A stretch of DNA of 64,000 bases, taken from Trichinella spiralis (Eukaryota). Location: positions 7,926,672 through 7,990,671 of the forward strand of contig NW_003526943.1 in NCBI RefSeq assembly GCF_000181795.1, in the 5' to 3' direction. The translations under genes were made by a program, and so were the position numbers. Under the pieces are notes generated by a model. The model had not been told where the DNA came from. It saw only the letters and a program-made list of their open reading frames with translations, and ran no database searches. Positions 10,657-23,752 of this stretch are shown here, in pieces; the stretch's first letter is position 1; each line of letters begins with the position of its first letter.

Positions 10657-13600
10657 CGCGCACGGAGCAGGCATACGATACAATCAGCAACACCAGGCTA
10701 GTGAACTGAGCACCTCGGTTCGCAGCAATACAGTATCACGGTGTTGCATTACCTGCGTATCTCTAATCAGATTTGCAAAGCCAACGGAACAGAGTCGTGC
10801 CGTGCGCACCATGCCCACCATGATCAGCTGCTTCATCTGGCTGCTGATTTTGAGTCGGCTTGGCGTTGCAACGCTGTCGCTTCGCAAAGTAAGCCAAGCT
10901 TTGCTATCTGCATACAATGCTCTGCTGAAAGCAAGCGGCTGTTTATCACAGATGAATTGTTTGTATTTTTCTTTTTCAGTTGAGCAGCTTACATCCAAAG
11001 CCGACTTGTGAACCACACGAGCCATGTCGAATTGGATTTCTTGGTATGGAATTCTGCACCTGTCCCGGCGACCGTAAATGTCCCCACTCAAGCGAAAGTT
11101 CCTTATTTTATCAAGATGTTGAATATCACGTATGTTTTCAGCAATTCAACTTACGAAAACTGAGAAATTATCATTTTGTTGTACATAATAATATTTTATA
11201 TTTTATAAAGTAATACGTTTCATAAATTCTTCACTTTTATTTAATGCAATGCAAAAAAGCAATGAATATAATTTCAATGTTATTCTGTTCTGATGATCAG
11301 TTTTGCGATGAGGCCAAATTTCACATTTGCGAAGAAGGAGAAGTAGCTTGGGTGAAAAAGGGTCTTCACCAGATTGTCAACTGCATCTGCCCGGAGCCGT
11401 TCGTGCTGCATGGCGAGCTGTGGAATCCAGCTGAAGACATGTCGCAGTACAAATGCTTGCCGGTACTGTTTTGAGAATTGGCAAATTCGCCGCTGAGCCA
11501 ATATTCATGTGCTTGCTGTTTTGAAGATAATTCCTTTGCAGAAGAAGTACTGCTACAACAACGACACGTGTATGATCCGCAACCGGGTGTTCATTGGCGA
11601 GAAGACGATCAGCCTCGTCAAAGGATTCTGCACTTGCCCCGACGGGATGGGGTGTGTCGAGACAGGCGAGATGATCAAAAATCGGCTAATCGAACTCGAG
11701 CAGGACATTTTCAAGTGCAGACAAGTCGCCTGAACGCTTCCCCAACACTTACCCAAGAGTCATCATCTACAAGCCATCCCCACCGCACCGCTGCCCCACT
11801 GCTGACCAGTGGTCGACGCTGTCGCGGATCAAAGTGTGTGCGTTTAGCGAAATCAAAAGAAAAATAACACTTATTTAACGCATAATTTTATTCATATTCA
11901 TATATTCATTTCTTTATTTTACCGCATTACTTGTAATACACATAAGAAAGGACTACCGTTGTCCTCGTTGTACCATTGTTCGTTCGTCGTTTGTTCTTCT
12001 GCCTATCTGTATTCTACGCTTTCACAATTATTATCCGCCCCCCCCCCATTTTATTTTCTTTTATTTATTTATGCCTTTATTTACTTATTTATTCCAAAAT
12101 TTTTTTTCTTTTGATATCAATTGAAGCCAAACAATTTTGTCTAGTCGTTTTTCATGGTTGTGCTTTGTGTGACAGAATTCTTTATTCCTTTCTTTCATTT
12201 ACAAAATTTTTTAAATTATTATCTATGGCACAATATGGCCATGTCAAAAATGCAAATCATCATAAATGATGTGATTTTCAACTGACCGTTGTGTCCAATC
12301 ATCTTCTGCACAACATCAGCAGTTGCATTTCATTTCATTCATTATACAACAACAAACCACGCATGCATACAACACAATAGCAATCTTTCAATTAAATAAA
12401 ACTGAAGATTTTAACAGCAACAACAACAGAAATTATTTTAACAAAAAAATATTTTCACATTACACGCGTAATATAATTATTAATTCACAGTAATGCCAAA
12501 ATATTCTTTTCTAAATTTTCGACCCCTTTTTAAAATTGCTTTTGCTAATAATGAAGATTATTCGTTATAAACTGTTCTACTATAAAAAAGGCAAAGTTCA
12601 ATCGCAAAATTTACCTCTGCAAACAGCTTCGATCAAACGATATCACATGAGAAGGGTGCATGTTCCAGAACAATACGTATTAAAGTTATGTAAAAAAATT
12701 ATCACAACATCTCTGCCTTTAATCTCACTTCTGAATGATGAACACGCGTGTGTGCGTGTCTGTAATTTCATACTCTTTGAAGGCATGAATTAATCCCTTA
12801 CTTGTTCTATCGAAAGCACCGCTAAGATGCAGTTTATAGGAAAAATCTATTTTTAACAGAATCTTATCAAGGAATAGGATTTGAAAGAAAAAATTTTTTT
12901 AAATATAACATGCAAAAGTTATTTACAAAAAAATACAAAAACTCTGTGCTTGCAGTGTGCAAGTGTATCAAGTTGTAGCAGTTGCTCTTGCTCAATTTGC
13001 AGTCGAAAACAAATAATTTCATAAAGTTCATTATGCAAATAATACATGCAGCAACAAGTTCACTTCCTTTCAGAGTATTATTATTGCAGAAAAAAAGTGA
13101 ATAAATTTTGCCGAAGCAATTGTTTATGATTGTATGAAAATTTTGCACTTTGTTCACATATAGCGATTAGTGAACAAATAATTTCAAATTGAACTAACTA
13201 TTGATTGTAATTATTATTAATTGAAACAAATAAACGCATCGACAACTGAAAGGCAACATTTGATATTTATTTATTTGTTGGTCTAACTTATAAATTAAAT
13301 TCATCAAACTCGCCATCCTCTTCTATGTCACTGTATTACATTTGATCACTAAAAAGTTAATAAAAACCAAACAACAAGTACGATAAATATTCAGTTTACT
13401 GTTGCCATTGTTTTACACACTTTGAAATTTGCCACTACTTTCGTTTCAAGATAAAAAAGTTAAATTTTTATTGAACAAAACATATATATATAGAGAGAGA
13501 GAGACTTTATTAAAATTAAATCATTCTGAACATTGCATTCTGACGTGAAACTTTCGATTACTCATTTGTGGATTTGTTTGCATGCATCCATTTGAACTGC

Positions 13601-14210
13601 TGCCCATCAACATTGTTGAAAATAAATAATTAAATCAACTTTCATTTTGCTAGTTGACAATCACACGGATACACATACAAGCATAAAAGCACACGCACAT
13701 AAAAACATACCAGAATATATTTGAAATTCAACGTTAGAGATTGAACAGAAAACAAAAAATCAAAATCAAAATGCATCTAGCCATACTATTCACCAGTTAA
13801 GTGTCGACAGCTGTTACGGAAAGATCCGCAGACAACTAATTAAGCACGCGTGCCTTCATACCTCCAATTATCCCATTACTATGATCCATTCATTGTACGT
13901 GAAAACAACTCTTTTCTAATCAAAAAATATAATTTGAGAAATTACAATCATTTTAATATTTGAAACGGTTGTCCCGGGCATAGCCAAGCTTGTCCAAATT
14001 CGGCTGGCATGCCGTTTCGATCATTGCATCCGGTCCACACATGAGCACCAGAAGATCGGCGGACGGTTGGGGAAAAATTTCTTTAATAATTTCACTGTTG
14101 ATGAAACCAATGCTGTATGCCCATACTAAACAGAATTTTGTCCGCTTATTGGATTTTTAGTAACAAAAGCAAATCTATGAAGATATTAATTACACATAGA
14201 GAGATATAAT
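10657..14210 (+). repeat. Direct repeat copy 1 (matches 60484-64000)
   Basis: Near-identical sequence at an offset of ~49.8 kb. It has scattered SNPs and a ~40-bp segment (~12796-12835) absent from copy 2. Confidence 0.97.
10811..11733 (+). CDS. Secreted Argos-like cysteine-rich protein (193 aa), copy 1
   Basis: Exons 10811-10888 (signal peptide MPTMISCFIWLLILSRLGVATLSLRK), 10980-11129, 11301-11462 and 11542-11733. All introns are GT-AG and phase 0. The mature part has 16 Cys arranged 6-4-6, with motifs CxCPxxxxCP and QIVNCICP. Confidence 0.85.
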
Positions 14211-16382
14211 TAATTATTATAATAATACTGTGAGATTTGGTTTCGATTTGTTACAAATTTGAAAACAAATTAAATACAACTTATATTAAAATTAATAAAA
14301 TCCACATGTCTGCCCCAGTGCTTTTAATTGCAATCAAGAACATCACGCAACGAGGAAAGCGTCACAACAGTGCTTCCATCTGTATCCGGCTACGTGGGAC
14401 AATTATCACCAGAATAATGAACAATAAACGGCCATTTCTGATAGTCAAGAACAATGCAACAGCTTGCAATTATTATCACAATCATCCGCAACCAACCAGT
14501 CAATGCGTTGCGTACACTTTGCTTGATTCACTTAGTTTGACACACTTGCTGCACATTTTCCATGTCCACGCAAAATCTTCACCGTATTTTGGAAATAATT
14601 TAAAACTTTAAAATAATTGTCTTAATTATTAATATTGCCATATTTTTAGTGGAAAGTTTAAATAAAAACAGACTACCCAAGAGGTGAATGTGAATGGTTG
14701 ACCCTGCTTGACATACCTTTGCCTTTGCGAGTATCTATCGTGAACCACACACGAAATCTTGTTGGATGCTTCATTTCCAAATTAAGCAACTCTTCAAACA
14801 ACAGGATATCCTGCTCACTCTGCAAAGACAATTGTTCAAACGACCATGACTGAAAAACATTTCTTCAAAATACAGTACTTTGTTTGCGTAAATCAAATGC
14901 ATTTCAAGTTTATCGTAAGAATCAGCTAGTGAGGCTTTGATTAATTGGTACATTGGTGTTATACCTGACCCGCCAGCCAGCATAGCCACTTTCTTATATT
15001 TCTTTTGCACAGGATCGGCTTTCTTGGACGGTTTTATTGCAAAGCAACCTAGTTGAAACAAGAAATAATACTCGTCATATTCATAAATAACAACAGTGCA
15101 TAATGCAACAAAAAAACAAATAAATTCAAAAAATGGAACCTCTTCCATTGTAAGTTAGCAAACCACCAGGTCCACGAATATTGATACTGTCACCGATTTT
15201 CAAATTATCCAAATACTGCGTCATTTTGCCTCCTTCTGGAAAGAGTGGATGCGTATCTTTGAAGTAAATCTACATTTTTAATATATTATAAAAAGTGAAA
15301 TTGTTTGCTTGTTTATTCAAAAATTTGCCTTGATAATAAACGTCACAGAACCACGTTCATTGATATCACTAATTGGTGTATATGGGCGAACAACGAGCTG
15401 TCCGTTAATTTTCGCACTGAGATGAACATGCTGCCCTGAAAATGAAGACAATACAAAAAAAGAATACTATTTCGAGAAGAAAACTAAACTAAAATAAAAT
15501 AAAACAGAAAATTTTGTTGACAAACATGCGAGAAAAGTGAAAGAAATTTTTACCACCAATAAATTAAATATTCATAATTAAAATCTGATAATTTCATTTA
15601 TTTTTCCTTGTACTTCACAACTTATTATTCCCATTTATTGTTCGCGTGTTATTCATTTGTGCAGAAAACTGGATAATTTAGAAAAAAGATAATGTAGTGC
15701 GAAAAGTGAAATTCATGTCCAAATAAATTTATACATAGACATAACCCATTTTTATTTGCAATTCACATTTTATTTTCGTCCAACACTGAAAATTGTCAAA
15801 GCGTCATCACAGTCATCATCAACACTTTCATAGTCACTATATATCTATATATTTCACATAGAACAGTTTAATGCTAAAATGCTCTTCTGGGTGTTGGAAA
15901 AAAACAGAAATTAAAACTGAATTTCAGTTGTTTGAAATTTACAACAAATTAGATGAAAAATAAATTTAACAAGTAAAGCACTTACCGACACCAAGGCCAA
16001 GAACTTGATCGGCTGAATGCAAGGAAAATCGAAACATACGCGTGTCGTGATTGACTTTCTGAAAATTAATTTATTAAAAAAGAATTAAAACTTTCAGTTA
16101 TAATAAGAAAAAAACGTTCAAATTCTCGCAGACCTCTTTAGATGCCAACACTATGCTGTAGTTGACAGTGGGATCTTCCAACAATTTCTTCGGCTTTCGC
16201 TTGATGAACGCGTAATAATAAACAGCAGCCGACGCCAAGCCAACACCGGCTAACAATGCTGCCGTGGTTATCTGAAATGTGAAACGATTAAATTTCATAA
16301 ACTGCCATGGGAAAGGGGGAAAAAAAATTTTTTTTTTCTTCCCATAATTTTTTTCGCATCTTACCCAGTTGTCGTTGAGCAT
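13953..16382 (-). CDS. CYB5R: NADH-cytochrome b5 reductase, multi-exon, with N-terminal membrane anchor
   Basis: Hydrophobic anchor '[18 protein letters not shown]'. Motifs '[10 protein letters not shown]', 'VVRPYTPIS', 'GGKMTQYL', '[14 protein letters not shown]', 'LMCGPDAMI'. Confidence 0.93.
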
Positions 16383-16707
16383 CGCCGTACAGTTGTCTGT
16401 CAAAAACTGCAAATCATTAAAGAAATGGGAAAAGCAAAATAATGAAAACAATCGATATACTGTAACGTGGAAAATAACAAACATGACATAGAACATTGCG
16501 AATTGTACCGAAAAATCTTTCTTTACTCAATTCAATCGCCAACAAGACTACGAACACTGTCTGTCAGAAAGATGAATCCAATAAGAATAAGAATAAGAAT
16601 AATAGACTGTTTTCGTTATCATCTCTTTCGGGTAAAGTGGAAAACCAAGAATGCTAACCGTAAAGCAAATTGTATTACGAAAAAAAAGATTTTAAATTAA
16701 AAAAAAA

Positions 16708-19700
16708 TCAACGAAGCAAATTGCTGCTTTCTCCGGCGTCTTTCTGTTGTCCACTTGTCGCCGCTTCTCCGGCCGCTTTTGCCTTGGCTGCTTCTTCTAA
16801 CGCACAAGGGATATTTTATTTCATTTTAAACAAATACGATAACAAAAAAAACATATTTTACCAACTGCAACTCGTCGGCGTTCTGCTGTTTCGAAAACGT
16901 CACGCAGCTGAGCCAATTCTTCAGCCGACATGTTGCTAACCAACGAACTGTACCACTGCGGATCGTGAACTTGAACATCTACAAAACAAGAACAACAACA
17001 ACAACATCAGTACTGTAAAATGTGGAATGCTTTGTTGTCGTTGAATTTGTAAACACTAACTGCACATTGTTTCTTTGAAAATCACAATCTCATCAAAGCC
17101 GGTATCATTTCGATCAACAACTGTAGAAAATTCTTCCAAATCTTCGTCGTAGTCCGTATCGTCGCTGTATTCATCTTCATTTCCACTGTCCTATAAATTG
17201 TCGTTGCAAGGCATCATTGCAATTTCAAATTGAAATTCACATCAACACAAAGCACAGATTGGCATATATAAATATATATATATGTGAAGCACAGTTTTCA
17301 AATTTTCCACTTACAGATTTGTCTTCCTCTTTTTCGACGAACATGTTCACATCTTCGTGCGCTTCACCTGATTCTTGATCCGAAACCAACGACTCTGCTA
17401 AAATATACCAATACAACACATTCAACGACACTATTTCGAACAAGAAAACAAAAATAACCCACAAGAGCTGTCATCTTCGGTTTCTTCTTCTTCATCAGAA
17501 CTCTCTTCATTTTGCTTTTTCAATTTGTCTGCAAAGCATATTCATTTGAAGATTAAACAAAATTAATAATAATATGCACTGAAAAATTGAAAAGCAAACA
17601 ACTCTGACGAATAGCACAATTACACACGTTCAAATGATTAACAAAATTCTACACTAACAATAAAATCTGAAATCAAAAAACAGTTTACATGGATCGTATG
17701 GTCTTCGATATATTTATGTATTATCAAAAAGATCGAATGAATCTTAAAATAAATTATCAAATTCTAAAATATCAGCAAAAATTTTTGTTGTTGTAAGCTG
17801 CACTCATTCCTTATTACACTGCAGCCTCTCTATTTATCGAATACAATGAACAAAAAATCTAAATACAAAAATTTCTTCTGAAATAAATTCTGCTAAATAC
17901 AATCACCCGAATGACAAGAAAAGCCTCATTCCCCAGCTCTATTAATAATCTACCATAGTTGAAAAAATGACAAGCAAGTTCATTTCGATATTTTCTGTAA
18001 CCGAGTGAGCATGCGATCTGAAAAAAGTTTGCAATGCAAAAAATAAAAAGCTACATTCAAAAGTTATGGATCAGTCATTGAATAAGACAAATTTAACCAA
18101 TTCAATTATATCTTATTTTTAAAAAAAAAGAATTTCTGTTTTTATCCCTTACTGTCATAGAGACGTGAAAGAGCTTTCAAAGTTGTAATACATGACGGCA
18201 AGATGCGTGATCCCAATTCCGCTACTACTGGTGGCCTCTGATTCAACTGGATCAACGAACACAAGCCAATAAGACACATCTTGCGATCGTGTAAGCTGAA
18301 AAATTATTTTAAAAAGTAAACAACAAATAAATAAATAAACGAAAAATGCCACCTGATGAAAATGTTCATATCGCTGAACCAGTTTGCTAGAAAATAATGC
18401 AATAATGTTTCCTTTTGTTCGTTCACGTACAACCGTTGAGTGATTTCAATTGTAAGTTGAGGATTGTGCAGCAGACATGCGAAAAATAACTAAAGTAATG
18501 AAATTAAACACTGTCTAAGATCGATTGATTGTAAATTAAACAGAAAAAAAAGAAATATGCACATCCAGACAGACGATCAAAAAATCCGATGTACGTTTGC
18601 CGACTTCCAAACGCTTGGCGACCAATTCTATAGCCGGGCAGAGGAAAGTTTCCACCTTGCCTCGAAACTGTAAAATGATAATTTCCATCAGCTTGACCGC
18701 CAGATTGTCACCAACATCAGTTTCATATGTCAAAGCCTATACACAAACAGAGTAACATTGTTATTTAATGAATAATAAAAATATACGCATATATAAAAAT
18801 AGTAAACAACCGTTGAGCAGACGTTATAAAGTGCCATGAGGCGTTGTCCACCATCGTTCAAAAATTCACTGCTTCCAACTGTGACATAATTATAAAAAAC
18901 AGATATCATATCTAGAAAAGAAAAGAAAAAAAAATATTATATACAACGAATTTAACCAAATCGTCGTTTGTGCTAAAACAACAATTACAAACCTGAAAAA
19001 TAATCGATTCCATCACCACTGAAAAGTTCGTACATCAAATGGAACATCATCCACATTCTGGGTGAAATATTCACAGCTGTCAATGAATATGTCAATGATA
19101 TCACTTCTTCATAATAATCTAAACATAAGAAAAAACAATATGATTTGAAATATTTTTAATAAAAAGTAAAGAAAAAAAGAAGAATTACCAATCATTTTCT
19201 GAGAAATAACCATTTCAATGACTATTGTAAGAACTGGCTCCAAATGAATCGATACCTGTTTTATTATTGCATGATAAAAATGATGCATGAAAAAGAAAAT
19301 TTTTTAAATCAAAATCCTTACATCTGGATAATCTTCGGTTGCGTCGATTAAAGCTTCCAAGGTGTTGATAACACCCATAGCAGTCATGCAACGATTGTCG
19401 TGGGAATCGCTTTCATCATCATCTAACGTAGGATGAACCAAGCTGGTAAAAATGTTCACCTGCAATTTAAAATTTAAACCATATAATCAATAACGAAAAG
19501 CAAAAACAACAAGAAACAATTCTGAATTTAAATTTACTAAATTTTGAGCTATTTCAACTGCAACCGGAACAATTTCCGTAGAGAAATGTTGAACTAAACG
19601 ATTGAGAACGTTTGATATATCATCGCATTCTGTTTCTTTAAGTAAATTCAGCAAAGCTAAAATTAAAAAAACAAATAAATAAAATGCGCAATTACGAGCA

Positions 19701-20655
19701 AATGGGGAAATTTTACCAAGCGCAAGCGGTCTAACGTATGGAATAATGTAAGATAAATCTAAAACAAAATTGAAATCAAACACATATAATAAATAAAGAT
19801 GTGAAACAATGCAGATCAATGCAAACAACAAAAATGTTATGCTTATTCTCACCTTCTTCTTCGTCAAAGCGTAAGATGCTTTGAAAAGCCAATGCTGCGT
19901 CCACTTTAACAGGCAGCTCTGGATCGTTCAAAATCAACATGATCACTCCGATCATCATCTTCTCGATCAGATCTTTGTCATCGAAATTACAATCCGAATA
20001 CATGTATATCACGTAGGATGCCTGAAAATAGCAAATCGTGGAAAATGGCAAAAAATAAATAAAAATTATTATTATTCAATTGCACACAACAAACCCTGGC
20101 GCGCAAAAATCCATGCGGATCGGAAAATCGAGGAATCACTTGTGTTTTCAACATTTCGCATACAAATGGCAAATAGGCTTTTTTCTAAATGTTACAATCA
20201 AATTTAATGTAGAATCGTAGTTCAAATTTCAATTTCAGTGTTACTGTTAATTTCGTCGAAAGCACACCGAAGAAGTTGAAAGCACCATCGACGTGCTGTG
20301 GAGCGACATCCGGTGTTGAGAGTACATGATTTACCATTTTCACCAGTTCACCAAGATAATTCTTTCTTTTCATTACTGAATGCAAAAAGCGAATTCCCGC
20401 CGAAGATGGTTTCAAAAATTCATCAAATAAATCTTTAAAAAAAATTATACAAAACAAAATTATACAAAACACAAAACAAAAGAAAAAAATGCATACCCAA
20501 TTTAGAACGAATATATTCCTGTGGATCGGTGTGCCAAAGTTCATCATCCTCATTAGAGAAGCACAACAGTGGAAAAATAACTGTCTGTATTATATCCTTG
20601 AAAGCAGTCAATAAAGAATGTTACTTTTCAATTTATTCTGCATCATATTAATAAC

Positions 20656-20696
<41 letters not shown>

Positions 20697-22541
20697 CAAC
20701 TTACCATGACGTGTGCTTTCACAGCTTTCCAACCGTTTGTCTCTCGAACACTAAATTTGAAAATGAGAAAAAGAAAACATGAACAACATTGCACACAAAA
20801 ATTATCTGATTCAAAACTTTACCCTGTTGTCAAATATTCCAATGCCAAATACAACACTTGTGGAGATATGTATTCATTCTGCCTATAGCAATTCAACACT
20901 TTCAACATGCTCTGTATTGTCTGCATCAGACAGTGCTTGAAAAACACTCTGCGCAAAGCCAAGAAACCAGGATCTGAATTTTTGTCTTCGTGAAAGCTAC
21001 ATTAAAATAACAAATTCAATCAACAACAAACAAAACCCAACAGCAATCAATGTAAAACAGAAATAATACCGATCATAGATGCGGCTCAAAATTCTCGCAG
21101 ACCATTTTTTGCACTTCCACCACACAAGTTGTGGACGATCTTCTGGATCGACAGCCAGAGATTCCTCAAAAATTATTTTAATTAATTATGCTTTTACAAG
21201 AGCAAAAAAATTCAAATTTCACTAAATTTTCTAAAACAAATTTACAACTGCATCAAAAAAAAATTTATCCCACATGTATTAATTAAACTGACATTTTTCT
21301 GTTTATTTTTATAATTTAAAGATATTGCCTACATGCCATAACTGAAACACTTTAAGCGCTGTACTTGAAATTATAAACAATAGCAATTTTACATTATGAA
21401 ATAAATATTACAAGAAAACTATAACATGGAGAAAAAAATTTTTTTTATACTTATCAATATTCATCTATCAGGAAATTAATCATATGGTGATAAATAGTAA
21501 AAAGATACAATATAAATATTAAATCAAACCAATCAACTTACCGGTGGCACAGGAATTTCTAACACTCTAATTACGACAATAATCCATTCCAAAAAATGAG
21601 ATTCTGACAGAATATCGGTATGTAAGTGATACTGAAATGTCAAAATATGAACAAGTGAAAATAAGTGGTAGAAATGTTTTAAAACATTGATTACCAACAC
21701 GAGCGCATGATAAATCTTCAAAATCATTTTCTGCAAATGCACAGATTCCTGGCTGCTGTTGTCGATCAAGTGACACATCCTCAAATGAAGCTGAGGCAAA
21801 ACTTTAACCATCACATCAGCTATAGGTTGTCGATTAATGTTTCGTGAATACCTAATGATAAAAAAATCAAAATCACCATTTGATTATTATCATGAAAAAT
21901 ACTGATTTACTCGTAATTTTTCACTAATTGATACAGCACTGTCAAAGAGCCAAGCCATTTTTCGGCATCCGATTCGTTGAGAAGTTCCATCAATTTTCCT
22001 ATAATATCTGGCCATCTTCCAGGAAAATCTGTCTTCAAAATTGTTCGCACCGATACCGCCAGTTGCGCTCTACAAAATTCCAATAAAAATATTCACAAAA
22101 AAATCAGTAAAAACAGTTGAACAATAATAAACAAAGTAAACTTTACCGTATAACTTCTACAGACTTTACAATCGCTTCAATTATATTCTGGCGAATGATG
22201 TGTCGATCTTGTTCGTGAATGGTGAACATCAGGCCGGTGGTAGAGCCATGCACAACTTCGCTTGGAGACTCATCCCAATAAGTCATTACCATGTTTTTAA
22301 AATAAATAGAAGCCGCTTGACGAACTGGCTGTTCAACATCGTCAGTCAAAAGTATTTGCAACAACAGTGGTGTAAAGCCAACAATTTTCTTGATCTGATC
22401 ATTGAAAAGAAAAAATTACTGAACCAAAATTACGTTTTCAATTAAATTTCCACATACCCCTTCTAGATATTCTTCCGCTTGGTGACGTCCTTTCGGATCT
22501 AAAGTTGCCTTCAAAGCCATAATAATTTTGTTCAATTCCAT
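16708..22541 (-). CDS. IPO7: Importin-7 (importin-beta family), ~20+ exons
   Basis: N-terminus '[16 protein letters not shown]', IBN_N motif '[18 protein letters not shown]', 'LVWWKCKKW', '[11 protein letters not shown]', '[12 protein letters not shown]', and an acidic C-terminal loop. The stop TGA is at 16708. Confidence 0.92.
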
Positions 22542-23752
22542 AATTTAAAATATTCTAAAATTAAATCATCTTAAAACAATTCACCACATGCTAGGTAAGT
22601 TTTAAATTTCAATATTTTCCTTAGTCAAAGTTAAATTTAAAAATAAAGTACAATGAACAATGAAAAAGTAATAATGAACAGTGAAGTGAAACAAAATGAA
22701 TCACAAAAAATAAAACTCTGCAAAAAAGCAAAACTAAACCATATGTAATAAAGATTTGTGCTACATTTTTTTCTTTCTCTTCGTACACTTGAAAAAAAAT
22801 TTTCAATATACAACGTCATGTAAAGGAAGTACCGTTAAAATAAATAAATGGGCAACAGAAGGAGTATAAAAAAATAAAAAACTGCCAGTCAACAACCGTT
22901 TAACATATTATACTTTGAAAAAAATGTAACAAAAAAAAGAATAACCGTAAATTAGAACCAATCTCAAACGTGTCACTATCGCACCTGATGTAACTAACGC
23001 AAAAATTAATGTCGTAGCAAAACTAAATCACTAACTAATAGACGCGTATTTTGATTTGCAGGAATAAATAGCAATAATGATAGAAAATTCAACAAAAGTA
23101 TTCTTTTCGTTTATACTCAATAATGAATATTTTTTTATTTAATAAAAGTAGCATATTATAAATATTCATATCGTATAAATGCTTAGTGCTCTTATAACTT
23201 TTTAAATATGCCTGCATTTGATAAATGTCATTCTTAAAAAATCAAAAGTAAAAATTAAAAAATGTTCCACAGAAACTACTAACAACTAAATAAAACAATA
23301 ACAAAACTTAAAACTTTTCACAGTATGATAGTATATTTGAAGGATAACTGAATAAAAGTTATATACATTCCAATCATACATTACCTGCAGAGGCACCAAC
23401 TGTCGTAACACGCAAGGTAACTCAGTTGTTTTATACAGTAAGAATTAGATACAGTATCGCAACATTATTGGAATATTTCATTGCCAAATTTGTGTGCGCC
23501 ACACTTGAAATAAATAAACAGAAAATAAATTCAAATTAATTAATATTTTTTTTCATAACATACCCTTTTCTATCGATGATTCAGCTTTGCTCAACATTAA
23601 AATTTGTATACGAATTGTACCTGAATTTCAATTTATATAGCGGGAATGAAGCTAGACAGAACATTTTATTGTCAAAATTTTTATTTTTGCAGTTTATCAT
23701 GTTATATGCTTTTTAACTGAAATCTGTTTTAGATTTTATTAATTTGGTTCAT

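Noticed and set aside
10684..11091. 135-aa minus-strand ORF (and its twin 60507-60920), plus plus-strand ORF 11478-11867
   Set aside because: These are shadow or alternative frames over the spliced Argos-like gene, with no recognisable motifs.
15780..15845. TGATGA-containing stretch in a CYB5R intron (C/D snoRNA or cryptic exon?)
   Set aside because: No matching D box with terminal stem and no clear donor site.
20655..20696. Palindromic (AAT)n-(ATT)n hairpin in an importin-7 intron
   Set aside because: It is explained by adjacent simple microsatellites, with no evidence of function.
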